A stretch of DNA of 64,000 bases. It comes from Octopus sinensis. Taxonomy: Eukaryota. Shown here in pieces: positions 38,690 through 52,282 of the stretch; position 1 is the stretch's first letter, and each line of letters begins with the position of its first letter. Position numbers and translations under genes: made by a program. The stretch is taken from assembly GCF_006345805.1 (NCBI RefSeq), contig NC_043001.1:53878001-53942000 (forward strand), read 5' to 3'. The notes beneath the pieces are model-generated. The model was not told the origin of the DNA. It saw only the letters and a program-made list of their open reading frames with translations, and searched no databases.

Positions 38690-38830
38690 CAAACTTCGAC
38701 GATGTTGGCTTTGCCTTTCGTCTTTTGGGGTTCGAAAAAATAAGTACTAATTGAGCCCTTGAGTCGACAATATGGGATTACCACCTCCTCCGAAGATGCT
38801 GGCCTTGTGCCAAAATTTGAAACTATTATT
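38690..38830 (+). mobile_element. Family-A SINE, 5'-truncated
   Basis: ttggctttgcctttcgtc..aaaataagtactaattgagc..gctggccttgtgccaaaatttgaaac. Confidence 0.8.
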
Positions 38831-38857
38831 ATTTATAATAATGTTATACTAATGATT

Positions 38858-39135
38858 GTGAGGGCGCGTGGCTTAGTGGTTAGAGCATTCGAATCATGAT
38901 CGTAAGGTTGTGAGTTCGATTCCCGGCGACGCGTTGTGTCCTTGAGCAAGACACTTTATTTCAAAGGGTCAGCCTTGTCACTCTCTGTGTCACGCTGATT
39001 ATCCCCGAGAACTACGTTAAGGGTACACGTGTCTGTGGAATGCTCAGCCATTTGCACGTTAATTTCACGAGCAAGCTGTTCCGTTGATCGTATCAGCTGG
39101 GACCCTCGTCGTCGTAACCGGCGGAGTCTTTAGTC
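38858..39135 (+). mobile_element. Young full-length CORE-type tRNA-derived SINE (family C) with 12-bp TSD
   Basis: A box tggcttagtgg, B box gagttcgattcc, CORE-like tgtgtccttgagcaagacacttta; perfect atactaatgatt at 38846-38857 and 39136-39147. Confidence 0.9.
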
Positions 39136-39849
39136 ATACTAATGATTAGGGGAATGCTGGATACAATGTATTGGAAAACTATGAATGGATAGTTTTACTT
39201 GAGTAAATCATATATAACATCCCGGTTCTCCTATACATGTACATTCTTTCGCAATTTGGTATCATCAATACAACTAAAATGAACGTATGTTGTAATAACT
39301 CTTTATATATACGAAATTGGTATTTCAAAATTTAATCGGCCTAATGCAGCCTACTGGCAATCTACTATGAATAATTAATGCACTACATTAGAAAGTTTAA
39401 ATGAAATAAATATCCTTTGCGATGTCATAAGAACAGTAACATAGTTTTATATCTATGCCGACTTCACGTCGTGGTGACATAATTGCTTGTGATCATCAGT
39501 GAAAGAAACCTGCGCATGTTTACATATATCAATGTTTAAATAATTTAGAAGCTATTTTAACATATATTCATAACTCTGAAACACCTGCAAGTATAAGTGT
39601 ATACCTTCACGGGATATATTATTATTTTATTTTGATTAAAGATGATAATCAGTTTCTCTCGATGGAATATAAATGGAGATCTTTAATAAGGGACATGTAT
39701 CAAAGGCTTCAGTGTTTCATGTGCTCCATCGATTTGCCCAGCGATACCAGCTAAAAATGCCTGTAATATCAAATGTTCTGTTTTATAACTTAGTCATAGT
39801 AAGAACTTTTTGAAGATTCAGAGATCGTGCTTCTTTTAAGTATGCTTAA

Positions 39850-40420
39850 GAATATCATATGAAAAGTTTTGTCCATGCTAATAAGAGAATTATCCTGAAA
39901 CACGCAGATTAAGACACTAAGAAAAATCTACAGTACTTGCTGCAAATATTATGTATTGTTATATATCGTGTACTTCCAATGAAAACCACAACCGTGTCTA
40001 TTGGTGGTACTTGTACAAACAGGATATCGAAAATGCATTTGAATATTCGATACAATATTGGGTTAAATTTGCAGATAATATACTTATTTCTTCAAATATT
40101 TTGTTGAAGAATTTTACTGAAAAAAAAAACTGATTTAATAAATTTTTAACACCACACCACATTAAGAATAACGCTCTGAATTTAAATTTCATCATGCGTT
40201 AACTTTGATCAGCTTTATAGATAGAACGTGGATTTTACAAACCAGTGTTTTTGGGACAACAATATACAAATTGCTCGAAGGTTTGAGGTGATGGTCAAAT
40301 CTGTACACATTTGTACTGATTTGTATCACATGAATGTATGCAATCGGATTTACAATCATTATATCCCCACAAAAAGCACTATATGTATGGTAACAGGGTA
40401 AATCATAAATTATAATGACC
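39850..40420 (+). mobile_element. PLE reverse transcriptase relic
   Basis: VLPM..(GLPMG), LYKQDIENAFEYSIQYWVKFADNILI (WxRYVDDI), ISFIDRTWILQTSVFGTTIYKL (FLD..TxVYRK). Confidence 0.5.
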
Positions 40421-42429
40421 ACACCCGCTTATCATCATGAATAGCTCATAAATAATGAAATGAAATATTAATTTCATTAAATAGTTTTATATTTCCTGAT
40501 GAACTTAATTAATGACTGTTGATTTTGAAGCATGCTGAATAGAAATACTGAAAATCATTGCCGTTATCACCTCTGTCTGTATGACATTATCTCCTTTGAG
40601 ATTTTCCAGTTGCAAGAAAGTCCACAGAAGTATTCCAGGTTGAAACCCTCCTTATATATAAGAAATATATCTTCCCTAAACATCTTAGCAAACGTGCTGT
40701 CTAAATGGTCTATAAATTCATTTGATATATCATTTGATTTTTCCATTTTTGATCTTAGACATCTTTTTAATTATCACTAAAAATATTCTGATGTACAGTA
40801 TTTACACTAACATCGTAAACAGAATAAACTGCAAATGCATTTACAGGTTGGCATTTACAAACAAATACTAGCGAGATAGTTTACACAAAACCATTATGTC
40901 ATATTTGCTGTTTTACCGAGATAACACGCTCCTTTCTCTCTAGTCTCTCAATTAATAAATGGTCATTCGGGCTGCAACTTTAGTTTACATCTTTGATTTT
41001 AATATAGTACCAAACTTCTACATCCTTATCAATATAGAATGAAAATAATGTTAGAAATGTCCTTGTAACATTAGTTATCAACTGTGTGAAATTAATCATT
41101 TTCGCTCTAAAACGAAAATGTCATATACATAGAACTTGTATTTTCATAAATGCGAATATATACATATGTATGCATGAAGAATGTATATTATGTTTATTGT
41201 TAAAATTATTTCAGTTTTAACTCGTTGTCTTTCATATTGACTAGTCAATTAAATTCCAATAGACTCGCAAAACTTCCAGGTAGGTAGAGTTTGAGCACAC
41301 CTTCTCAGAGAATGATCTATAAAAATCTTGAATAATACCTAGTTAATTCTATATTTTAGTTAGAAAATTTGTCAGGGATTGATCTTCATTGGCGATGAGT
41401 CGTACAATATATGTGAACCTTCATTTGTGGGAGGCCATTTCTACAAAAGTCTTTGTATACAGGTTAGGTTTACATGCAATCAACTGGTATCAATCTTCAG
41501 AAAGCATGATTGTCTGGCTATTGAACTTTCTAAGATAACGGTGTCGTTGCACTTGTTTAGTCGCTGAACAACCTAGTTTGAGCAGACTTAAAAAGGTCCT
41601 TCATGTATCAACAATTGACTAAAATATCCAACATATCATTTCTTATCAAGACGGTTGTGTATTATATCATAGTATTTCTGCCTTAAACTTTTTTTAGGCT
41701 GAAAAACACCACGGTGACTCAGTCTTTGATTTTTTCGGTTGTTGTCAGTGATGGTGAAGAAAGTGGTGATTATATTTTTGTTCTCTGTATTGATACTGCT
41801 TTTTTTCAATATAATGCTGGTATAGTGAATCACCTTTATAACTGCTGAATTCCTGCTGTTAATTATTATAGTTACGCACAGCTTTGTAGGTTTGCATGGT
41901 ATTGTGTAACAACTACAACAATGAATCATAACATGCGAACAAGAAAACTACTTCTTTTCTCTCTTAATCAGCACTGTGTATCTGTAATATTCATAGGATA
42001 ACCGTATTTCTTCAGGCATCTTCTGTAAGTCTCAGCGTCTTCTGAAATATCCATAACTAAAAATTACATAAATTCCAGCAATTTTCCCATTTTCCATCCT
42101 ATTTTATATATTTTTTTCCTTTACAAACAACATAAGATGAAAGCAAGATAAAACTGAAGAACATTTTAAGGAGAAAGAATGGCAGAAAATTCCTTTTGAA
42201 ACGAGAGAAAATGAGATGACGAAAATAAAATTTCTCGGAAGCAACAAAACAGTAAAAAGTAAGAGGTAACTTTCATGATGGAATAAACAATTCAAATTAT
42301 ATTTCACGTAATCCTTTTAGTAAAATTGCTAGCATGCAAAATCACCAATCGTTGGCAATAATATCATTTGTAACTTTGGCTCAGGAAAACAATTTCGAGG
42401 AAGGCTATTGTCCAATAATAGAGTCCAGT

Positions 42430-43130
42430 TCTTGACTAGTTCGTCCTTTTACCGAACTCGGGAGGATATAGGGCAAAATTTAAATTCAGTATGTAAAAAA
42501 CAAAACACCGCTAACATACTTTCCATCACACTACCTATACTAGGGCTGACGTTCATAAGCTGCGGAAATAGTAAACTCTATCATAGGGACACTGGCTCAA
42601 ATGAGGGTGAGGAGTATATTTCGTTTGGACGGGTCTATTTCTTTGTTGGTATCGGTTTTATCACTCGAGAGAATGGAGTGGCAAAGGTGATTCTGGAAGA
42701 GTGAGAAATTAGTGCATAAAGAATAATAACTAAACATTATAAGGCCTTTTGTGCGTCTCTCCTCAAAATCTTATATCCCATTGCACAAGGCAGTACCAAA
42801 AACAAAAAGGGAAGAAATGGTTCAGAGAGTTTTCAAAAATAATATTTTTGGCAACACTTGTAGGATTACCACTTCGTTTTGTACTCAGATTTTGATGAAA
42901 TATGAACGCTCCCAACACCTTCTTTAAGTTTTGAATTCCTATCGCATATGGCAGAGTTCTTGTTCAAGTCAGATATAATTTTGGTTTCTGATGTCATATT
43001 CCAGCCAATTTTAGTGGAATAGCGAGAGACAACACAAGAAAAGAGCCAAACATCAGAAGATGGTGGAAGACTGCTGCAACAAGAATGATTAGTGAACAAG
43101 ATCCATGTCGGTGGATGTGGGCAGTGGCCT
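42430..43130 (+). mobile_element. Probable RTE-like LINE relic
   Basis: Weak: LGRI*GKI*IQYVKNKT (IGLxINxxKT), FEFLSHM (FAGH), KEPNIRRWWK..EQDPCRWMWAVA (RGRP..RW..DRxxWR). Confidence 0.4.
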
Positions 43131-43529
43131 TTAACCTTAATGGGGTTTAGAGGACCTTAGACTGCATAGGAGAAGCTACAAAAGATAAGGAGGAAACAGA
43201 AAAGAAATCGAACTGGATTTGTCTATAAACCAGGAAATAGTAAAACAGTAAAATGCACTTTAGATTAAAACCAAATATCACTCTACATGTGATGGGAATC
43301 TGAAAGGCCAAGTGTTTAAAAATCCAAAAATATTCAGTGAATTTAAGATACAACATTGATGTTATGCCCAAATATGTGTAACAGTAAATGTCTGTAAAAA
43401 GTGTTAGAAATCATAGTCATCATGTGACTTATAGTGTAAATCAGAATTCGTTTTACTTATTTTAATTTATATACACATAATGTATTTGTACATACACACG
43501 TATACACACTCATTTGAAATCTATGAATA

Positions 43530-44170
43530 AATATTGGTTTCAAATTTTGGGACAAGGCCAGCAATTTCGAGGGATGGGTTAATCCCATTGCGTCGACCTC
43601 TGTGCTCAACTGATACTTATTTTACTCACCCCAAAACGATGAAAGGTAAAATCGAACTCGGCGCAATTTGAATTCAGAATGTAAAAACGGACGAAGTGCG
43701 GCTAAGCTAATCATTTTGTCTGGCGCGCTAACGATTCTTATTTCTTTATTGCCCACAAGGCTAAACATAGAGGGGACAAACAAAGACAGACAAAGGGATT
43801 ACGTCGATTACATCAACCCCAGTGCGTACTGGTACTTAATTTATCGACCTGGAAAGGATGAAAGGCGAAGTCGACCTCGACGGAATTTGACGTCAGAACG
43901 TAACGGCAGACTAAATTCCGCTAAGCATTTCGTCCGGCGTGCTAACAATTCTGCCAGCTCACCGCCCTTACTATGAATTGCTTTCAACTTTTGGAAGATG
44001 GCTAGCAATTTGGGGAGAGGGGATAAGTTGATTACATCGACCCCAGTATTCAACTGTTACTTATTTCATCGACCCCGGAAGTATGAAAAGCAACATCGAT
44101 TTTAATGGAATTTGGAAAGAGAACGTAAAAACAGTTGAAATGATATTAGCGATTCTGCCAGCTCACCGCA
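43530..44170 (-). mobile_element. Three tandem family-A-type SINEs (43530-43738, 43748-43968, ~43980-44170)
   Basis: Each ends (plus strand) in ..gattct(g)ccagctcaccgc or similar; middle copy has a different tail (cccacaaggctaaacatagagggg). Confidence 0.85.
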
Positions 44171-44299
44171 TTACTATAAATAAACATTAAAAGCAGAGCT
44201 GGAATGAACAACGCAAAATACAGAAGATATGCACTATATTTTCAGCATAAAAGTGAGGCACGGTTTTTGAAAGTTTAAATTTCTACACATAAAATCATA

Positions 44300-44511
44300 C
44301 AGGGTGCGGCAGAAATACCTCCAACATTTTAAACTTTTACATGTGTGTTGCTAATGAACTTATGAAAGTGCCAGTGATGTTTTCATTTAGCTAAGGAACA
44401 AAAACTGTAACCCTTTGTTTAAACAACATTAAAATTAATTTTTCATAAATGTTGTTTTTTTACTCCTTTTGTCAACATTTCAAATGTGGGAGGTATTTCC
44501 GCCGCACCCTG
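44300..44511. mobile_element. Tc1/mariner-derived MITE
   Basis: ~30-bp TIRs CAGGGTGCGGC(A/G)GAAATACCTCC..ACATTT at both ends, TA on both flanks, 212 bp. Confidence 0.9.
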
Positions 44512-46892
44512 TATTATTGACTTGTATATAGCACACAATTTATTTTGAGTATCATCTGCACGCAAATACATGTTTTCAACGTAGCACAAATAAACTTGTG
44601 ACACATCTAAGTAGCATTCAAATACTGGATTTACTTGAGCCAAAGGAACACATACTTTACATTTCTTGATTTAGTGTTATAAGAAATATTGTTGTAGAAC
44701 ACCCAAAGGAGGGTGGGTTAGTAGAGAAATGTACCAACTATACTACATTGTATGATGCGATTCCTTTAAATTCTGAGTTCAAACCTCACTGAGATCTATT
44801 TTGCCATTTAAATGTCTGTGGTTGGTGACATGAACAGTAGGCAAATGATAGCGTTGGTGTAATTGATAACGCTAGAATTTCTCTTCTAAATGTCTCCCAA
44901 TACTTTTAAGCACAAAGTAATAACAAAAATTCAGCAAAAAGCCTTGCATTATTCCTAGTTCGGTTATATGAGTACCCATCCAAAAATATTTATTTAATGA
45001 GCTTAATCATTTACGTATGAATTTTCATTTCCTGTGTCAAAATAAGATATTATTATGCATTGAAATAGTCGATAATAACATTACTAGGGCGAATAATTGT
45101 ATGCCATAAATTATTTGGTTCCATCTTTCTATTTTCAATATACAAAAGTTCAGCCAACCGAGATCAATAAAATCAGTTGTATGCATGTGCTAGAAACAGT
45201 TAAATTGATTTTTTCCCGAATATCTTTAAAATTTAAATGATTGACTTGATGATATAACCTCTAGAATAGAACTGAAGTAAAATACTACTATGGAAAGTAT
45301 AAATTCTATTCACAGCTGGAATCAAACTGTTATCTTTCTATCGGTGAATTAAATTGAAAAACAAAGTTTATGAATATCACTCTTCTCTCACCCTCCTGAT
45401 ATGTAATATACACGGCTAAGCCCAGACTACAACAATAAATTCTATAGTGTAACCATAATAATGTTTTATATCATTCCAGATAAGTTAAGTTCGTGGAATA
45501 TTGAACGTGAAACGTAACGTGGTTTTGTATCCTAATTAAATCAAATTCACATTATATGTGAGCAATATTTTGAAATTATAGAAACTCTCCCTCTTTCTCT
45601 CTCTCTCCCTCTTTCTCTCTCTCTCTCGCTCTCTCTCTCTAATCTATCTATCGATTTATTTATTGATCTGTCTATTTCTTTCAAATTGATCATGGCTTTC
45701 TCAGACTCCACGAGCCAGGTAAATGTCATGCCACTTATGATCGTCATAAAAGAATGGAAGTTGTACTTGGAATTACCATACAGTAAATATGAACCGAGAA
45801 GAGATTCCATGAAGCGGTGTTCTGGAGAGAGCAGACTAAGCATTAAGAGGAGTGCGCGACTTGGGCACAACATAGATGATGAGATTAAAGAAACGAGTGA
45901 AATGGTGTCTGAGTGGCGGCAGCTTTTATCGAAGATCTTGAAAAAGAATGAGGTGGGGAAGAGAGAAAACCGCCCGTGGTCCAAAAGCTCGAGCATTTCT
46001 ACAGGCGACTTAGTTTAATTATGCGAGAGATCTTTCTCTGGATGCGGTGTAGTGTGCGACTGTCTGTGCACCGTGCTAGATGTGGAAGCAACAACCCATT
46101 ATAGAAGCACTTGTGTTTTGTAGAGTATCAGTGATTACTGATAACGAAGTATTTTCTGAGCCAAAATAAAAGGATCGACCATAGCCAGCTTTATGACATG
46201 CTTTCTTCTCTAGAAATATGCAATTGCGTGACTAGTCGACACAATTCTTTATTATCTCTACACGTTTACAACTTGAAATCTGTTTTGAAATGTGAAGAAA
46301 GTTTTAATGAGTTTCCATTCGTATCAAATATATGCATCGGGCTGTAAAATACCAATCCGGAATTATTTATTCTCTTCTTTCAATTTATTGTTACGTGATT
46401 TTAAATGTCAGTTTTAGCATGCAATTGGATTTTATGCCTTGCATTAAATTTCGTAGGCTCAATAAATTCGGTCGGTTGTATATATAGCTAAATCAGCAAA
46501 CCAACGTAATGCGCCTTCTGTGCTGATATAAGATACAAAGAATCAGCTTTAATTCAATTCATTCAATATTCATTGAAACATACCACTGTTATAGTCATTA
46601 TTGGTATAGCTTTCATTCTTTTTGCGATAGAATAGTAGAATGACGTGGACTCATTACTGCAATCTGACAAAACACATGTTAAAAATAGATTCCTTCAAAT
46701 GTTTAGTTGTTCCTCTTTATGTGATATCGTGATATTTGCATAAAAAACATCGCTGATTACAAGTTTCCAACGAGAAAATAACGGGCTTACTGCCTTTCCT
46801 GTCAGTGCAAGATACATCTTGGTGTAGAACAAATATTTCGTTCGTAAATCATTAATTTCTGACAGCTTTTCTTGTAAAGTTTATACGCACAC

Positions 46893-46977
<85 letters not shown>

Positions 46978-46987
46978 CATACATACA

Positions 46988-46995
<8 letters not shown>
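46893..46995. repeat. (GATA)n-(CATA)n compound microsatellite
   Basis: Direct reading. Confidence 0.95.
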
Positions 46996-47020
<25 letters not shown>

Positions 47021-47120
47021 GCATATGTGTATAACGTATACACATATGTATGTTATATATTATTCAAACGTATATCGATACATAGATATGCGCGCGCACA
47101 CACACACACACACACGCACG

Positions 47121-47160
<40 letters not shown>

Positions 47161-47384
47161 CACGCATATATATATATATATATATATATAATTTTTATAT
47201 GTAGGCCTGTAAGGAAAAAGATACTTCTATGCTTCCACTGTATGAATCTTCCACTGAAACTACACGCAACTGTAGCTTATCAATTTTCTTTCTTAATTCA
47301 TTGGTAATGGAGGAGACACTGACTTCTACAATGAATCTCAACAAGAACATGAGTATATAGTCACACACACACACACACACACAG

Positions 47385-47388
47385 ATAC

Positions 47389-47452
<64 letters not shown>

Positions 47453-47497
47453 GTAGGTAGGTAGGTAGGTAGGTAGGTAGGTAGGTAGGTAGGTAGG
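47385..47497. repeat. (GATA)n-(GGTA)n compound microsatellite
   Basis: Direct reading. Confidence 0.95.
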
Positions 47498-47595
47498 CAC
47501 AGCCTCACAGAGAAACCGATAAGTAGATACATATATGCATACATGCATACATGCATATATACATACACTCATACATACATACATACATCAATTTA

Positions 47596-48876
47596 TAGGG
47601 TGCGATGAATAAATTGTCGTCTAAATTACGCAAAAATGGAAATAACATTGACATATCATTTTAACGGATATATTTACCAAAATTACATTAAAATATTTTG
47701 AAATAGTAAAGAATAAATTTATTCACACAAAATCGGCATTGGCTTTCAACCACGGCCTCCAGAGGACTTCGGAATCTCCTGCAACTCTTCTGGACCGTCT
47801 CCTTGTTTACGTTGGTGAATGGCGCCATTATCCTTGCCTTTAGTTCATCTTTGATGTTACAAGGAGTTTCTTGATCTCTCGCTCAACTGCTTTCTACACA
47901 TAATAATCAAGTTGGTTGCACCCTGGTGAGTTAGGTGGCCAGATGTTAGGGATGATGTGCTTGCACAAATTGTCTGACAGCCGTGACTAGGTTCTCCTGC
48001 TTTTGTGGAATAGTGTAGAGTCCTGTTGTCAGACATAAGGATGTCCAATAGGCACTCTCTTGACCCAGGGCAGCACAACCGCCTCCACCCACTTGATGTA
48101 GGCCTCCGCCTAGACTCTGAGGCCTTTTGGGAAAGTGAATGGAGGCATAACGTTGCTATTACTTGTGATCACTCCAAATGTTGAATGGAAGTTTAATTTT
48201 ATCTCTCTCGGTACACGTTTTGGGGACACGGCAAGACAACGGTTGTTCTTTGTATTCACAATCTGATCCTGGCAGAAATTTTAACCAAAGCATGTCAGTT
48301 GGTGAGTATACTAGAGTTTGTTAACAAGATTCGTAATGCGGTCTTTCCTCTTGCCCTTGATGGCTTGGGATAGAAATTGGCCCTTCTCATCTTGTATGAG
48401 GAATACTGAATGTCTCCATGCACTACTTGCCTGATAAGAAGCTTAGAGACTTCCATGTTCCTGGCGATAGATCTGATTGATTTGGAAGGATCGTCGTTAA
48501 TCATGGCCTGGATCAGGAATTCAGAAATTCTTTTCTTATCACAATGATCAGAGTCAGTTTTCCGAGCTGCCGTACCTTCGTAATCATCATTAGACTCATC
48601 TAACTCTTTCTGAATCACCTGCGCTATCTTCAGATAGACATTCAAACACTCTAAAATGTTCATATTGTCATATTGGAGTTTCCGGTGCGAATGCCAAGTA
48701 GTACAGCATGTCGTCCCAAATTCCTGGCAGATTGAATTGCGTCATGGTACTGTTTTTCTCGCAGACGGTGCCTAACTGTCCCTACTATTTTGTGTAGATG
48801 ACAAAAGCTAAAACAAACAATGCGCATGCACGAAATTAAAAATATACAATGGCTACAATTTACCCATAGCACCAAG
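47596..48876 (-). mobile_element. Near full-length DD37D (maT-type) Tc1/mariner transposon, transposase pseudogenised
   Basis: Minus strand: DDPSKSIRSIARNMEVS (HTH), NFCQDQIVNTKNNR, FGVITS..VMPPF, QQDSTLFH..WPPNSPGCNQLDYYV with 37 residues between the last two Asp; degenerate TIRs ggtgcgatgaataaattgtcgtc / ggtgctatgggtaaattgtagcc. Confidence 0.9.
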
Positions 48877-49669
48877 GAAACACTTGCTGTTTACCAAATT
48901 CCAATAACAGATATTTGACAGGCAGCTGATTAATGATCTCTTTGGACTATTCTACATACGTGTATTCCTGTGTATTCGACATTCGGATAACAAAGCCCTA
49001 TATGTAATTTCTCTCACACAATATTCGTTTGTGTAATTCAAATTACTTTTGGCCGTGCATGTAATCTATTCTGTTATGTTTATCTCGGTATGTAAATATA
49101 GAAAAGCGATGGAGTTCAGGAAATACAACTGCTGTAAAGTTGATGTTTACAGATGACGGAACTCTCTTCGACAAACCTACTCTTGTCTTCAGGACACAGT
49201 TTTCCTCGACGTTTTCTCAATGTCAACGATTTCTTTTTCATTGAATTATCTCCCTACACAGTTCGAAGCGGTTTTAGTAGCTGCAAGTTTTTCCTTTAAT
49301 TTCCTTTCTTGTCTGCAATGATATTTTATATAACTTTATATATCGTTATTGTTTATATTCATCTCACCAGATTCTCTGATTCTTCGTACAGATACATGTG
49401 TGTGCGTGCGTGTTTGCGAGTGTGTTTGTGTGTGCGCGCGTGTGGGTGTGTACTTTATTATTAAATCTGCGAAACATCACAAAATACCTGCTACTTGTCA
49501 GAATGATTCAGAATGGAAAAAGAAAGAGGTTGCATGTATAATATATTATAATGTAATTGTCATTGACAGATACACATTTGAATTTCATTGGGTTTTTTTC
49601 AAACAACGGCTTTTTAAGAAGTGGTGAATATGGATAATAAAGATTAAAACGATTAAAATTAAAAGGCTT

Positions 49670-49737
49670 AAATATCGTGTTGTATAAAATCTTATTGTAT
49701 AAAATCGTATTGTTTAATATCGTATTGCATAAAATCG
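49670..49737. repeat. 15-bp minisatellite, ~4.5 copies
   Basis: atatcgtgttgtata/aaatcttattgtata/aaatcgtattgttta/atatcgtattgcata/aaatcg. Confidence 0.85.
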
Positions 49738-49855
49738 AAGAAAACTTTAAATCAAAAAGAAATTCTTAGTTTAAAAAGGAAAACAGTACATTAGTTTCGT
49801 TTTTGGATTTGGTTTGCAAGACTATTTATGTGACTTCCTGTGTTGAAGGATATAC

Positions 49856-50056
49856 TGTGGTGTCTGGAGAGAATCATTCTCTTTAGTGCCTTGTAATTTA
49901 AGACACCCACCGGTAACGTTTCCACTCATTTACTTTTTTAGTTTTTCTAAATTTTCGTAACGAAAATATAAGAAAAATAAATGAGTGGAAACTTTAACCG
50001 TGAGTGTGTTAAATTATAAGGCAATGAAAGAAAATTACTCTCCTCAGACACAACAG
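49856..50056. repeat. ~200-bp imperfect palindrome (two inverted copies of the 325-482 repeat family)
   Basis: gtgtctggagagaatcattctc..ttccactcatttac | attttcg-taa-cgaaaat | taaatgagtggaa..aattactctcctcagacac. Confidence 0.85.
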
Positions 50057-50268
50057 AATAGTAAATTTGTATATATAAATAATATAAATGTAAGTCTGTT
50101 TTCATTAAAAAAATATCCACTCACAGAAATCTGTACACGTAGATATATAAAGACAGGCGTTATTCACATGCAAACATATGCATGTATCATTATACTTGCC
50201 CACACGCTAAAACGAAACCTATACATACATACATACATACATACATAAGTACATACATACACACTAAT

Positions 50269-50335
<67 letters not shown>

Positions 50336-50375
50336 TTCCTCTGTCTTTCCTTCTCTGGATCTTTCCTTCTCTTAT

Positions 50376-50410
50376 GTTTCCGACGAAGAGCTCCGCTCGA
50401 AACGTCTAAC
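50376..50410 (+). ncRNA. Minimal type I hammerhead motif (one core substitution)
   Basis: GUUU-CCGACGA-A-GAGC ucc GCUC-GAAAC-GUC/UAAC; palindromic ACGU stem III; U4 replaced by C. Confidence 0.55.
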
Positions 50411-50504
50411 CTCCTTCTCTCCTTCTTTCGTGAGCGTCCAATAATACTATATTTGTTCCACGTCCTCGCGTTGTTGTGTTTTATTTGTGCTTTCATGTTT
50501 GGAT

Positions 50505-50556
<52 letters not shown>

Positions 50557-50829
50557 ATATAAACCAACAGATAAACACAGACTTCTTTCTGTGAGTTTAT
50601 TTCGCCAAAGAAAGATGATGTGTCCCCCTGCTCGAAGTTAGTACTTTTGTGTGGCTGTTCGAGGTATATATTGGCTCTCATTTTTAGGAATTGTAGGAGC
50701 TATTTTGCACCCTCATTTATTAATTTTACATTTTTGGTTTTAATTATATTATAATGTATGTAATATACCTTTATATATAATGATAATATCTCAGTGTTCA
50801 TATGTGTGTATGCATTATGTATTATTTAC

Positions 50830-50886
50830 ATATATAATATATATATATACATATATACACATACACACACACATATATGTATATAC

Positions 50887-50978
<92 letters not shown>

Positions 50979-51006
50979 GTATATATGTATGTATAAATAT
51001 ATATAT
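50830..51006. repeat. (TA)n array
   Basis: Direct reading. Confidence 0.95.
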
Positions 51007-52114
51007 AAGTTTATCATGAGTATATCATACTGAATTTAAACACATTACGAAATTAACTGTAGTACTAAGGACTTACAGTGTCTATTAACACAGATATATC
51101 TGTAGCAAACATAAATCATGCAGCAGCAGTAGTCAAAATACTACATAAGCATTTCTGTTCTTAAGCTTTGTCATTGGTATGTACTCATTACTAACCGCAT
51201 CCTCAGACATGATCGTCACTGAATATAGGTAATGAGCTATTGAAACATCGCTGGTGTTACAATCAAACGGTTGGCTGAGTAATATTCCTTTATGTGTATC
51301 AGAATTTGCATGTGATTAAAATAGCCATGTGTGTATGGTACCTTATGTAAATATGCCAGGAGAAGCCAAATTAATTACGGTATTCACCCAGGGATAAGAT
51401 CCCTTAGAGATGTACTTCGTTGACTGCCGAATGAATGCTGCAACAACAGCCGAACCAGATTGTACAGCGTGTCACGTATGAATGGGACATGTATTAAACA
51501 TTCAGTCTTATGATACAACACGGCTGCTCTCTAATCACAAATGAGTAAGATCGAGAAATAATGACAAAAAGAAAGTAAACGAAGTGGGCCGGATAAAAAC
51601 ATGGTGGGAAGGGAGATAACTAGTGCATTAGCCTAGGCAGTAACAATGATCGGTGTTGTTACTTTGACGAGAAGTTGCTGAGACATTAAGCTTAATGCGG
51701 TGAGGACATTGTTTTCTAGTGCGAGATTAGAAACATATCCTATATCTAACGGGACAAGGAGACAGTTTTCATCGCCCTTCTTTCCTTGATTTTTCTCGCA
51801 CTCTTTCATTGACGTTTTGTCTCTTCTGACTTGTTTTTCTGGCGTTGTAATTTAACCCAGAATGATTTGCCTGATAATACACTGCATCATACACAAGCTC
51901 GATTTTTTGTATTATTATGACAGGCATTAGAATTTATACGTAGCTCTCATTTGCATCCAGTGTATATTTAATGATATTTATCTCTCATTGGATGCCATAC
52001 ATTTTTGTTCATTTTACAAATTACACCAGTGTAGTTGCATTTAGTGACGATTATACTTTTCCTTTTTTGCGAAAGATGGATATATAGACAGAGAGTGTTT
52101 TGGAAATTCCTCGA

Positions 52115-52124
52115 TAATAATAAC

Positions 52125-52174
<50 letters not shown>

Positions 52175-52194
52175 TAATAATAATAATAATAACA

Positions 52195-52282
<88 letters not shown>
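52115..52282. repeat. (AAT)n microsatellite
   Basis: Direct reading. Confidence 0.95.

Noticed and set aside
38858-38930. tRNA gene
   Set aside because: tRNA-like A/B boxes continue into a CORE block and are bounded by TSDs: it is a SINE head.
45690-46020. 110-aa ORF, possible RTE 3' end
   Set aside because: Similarity too weak to assign; no diagnostic motif.
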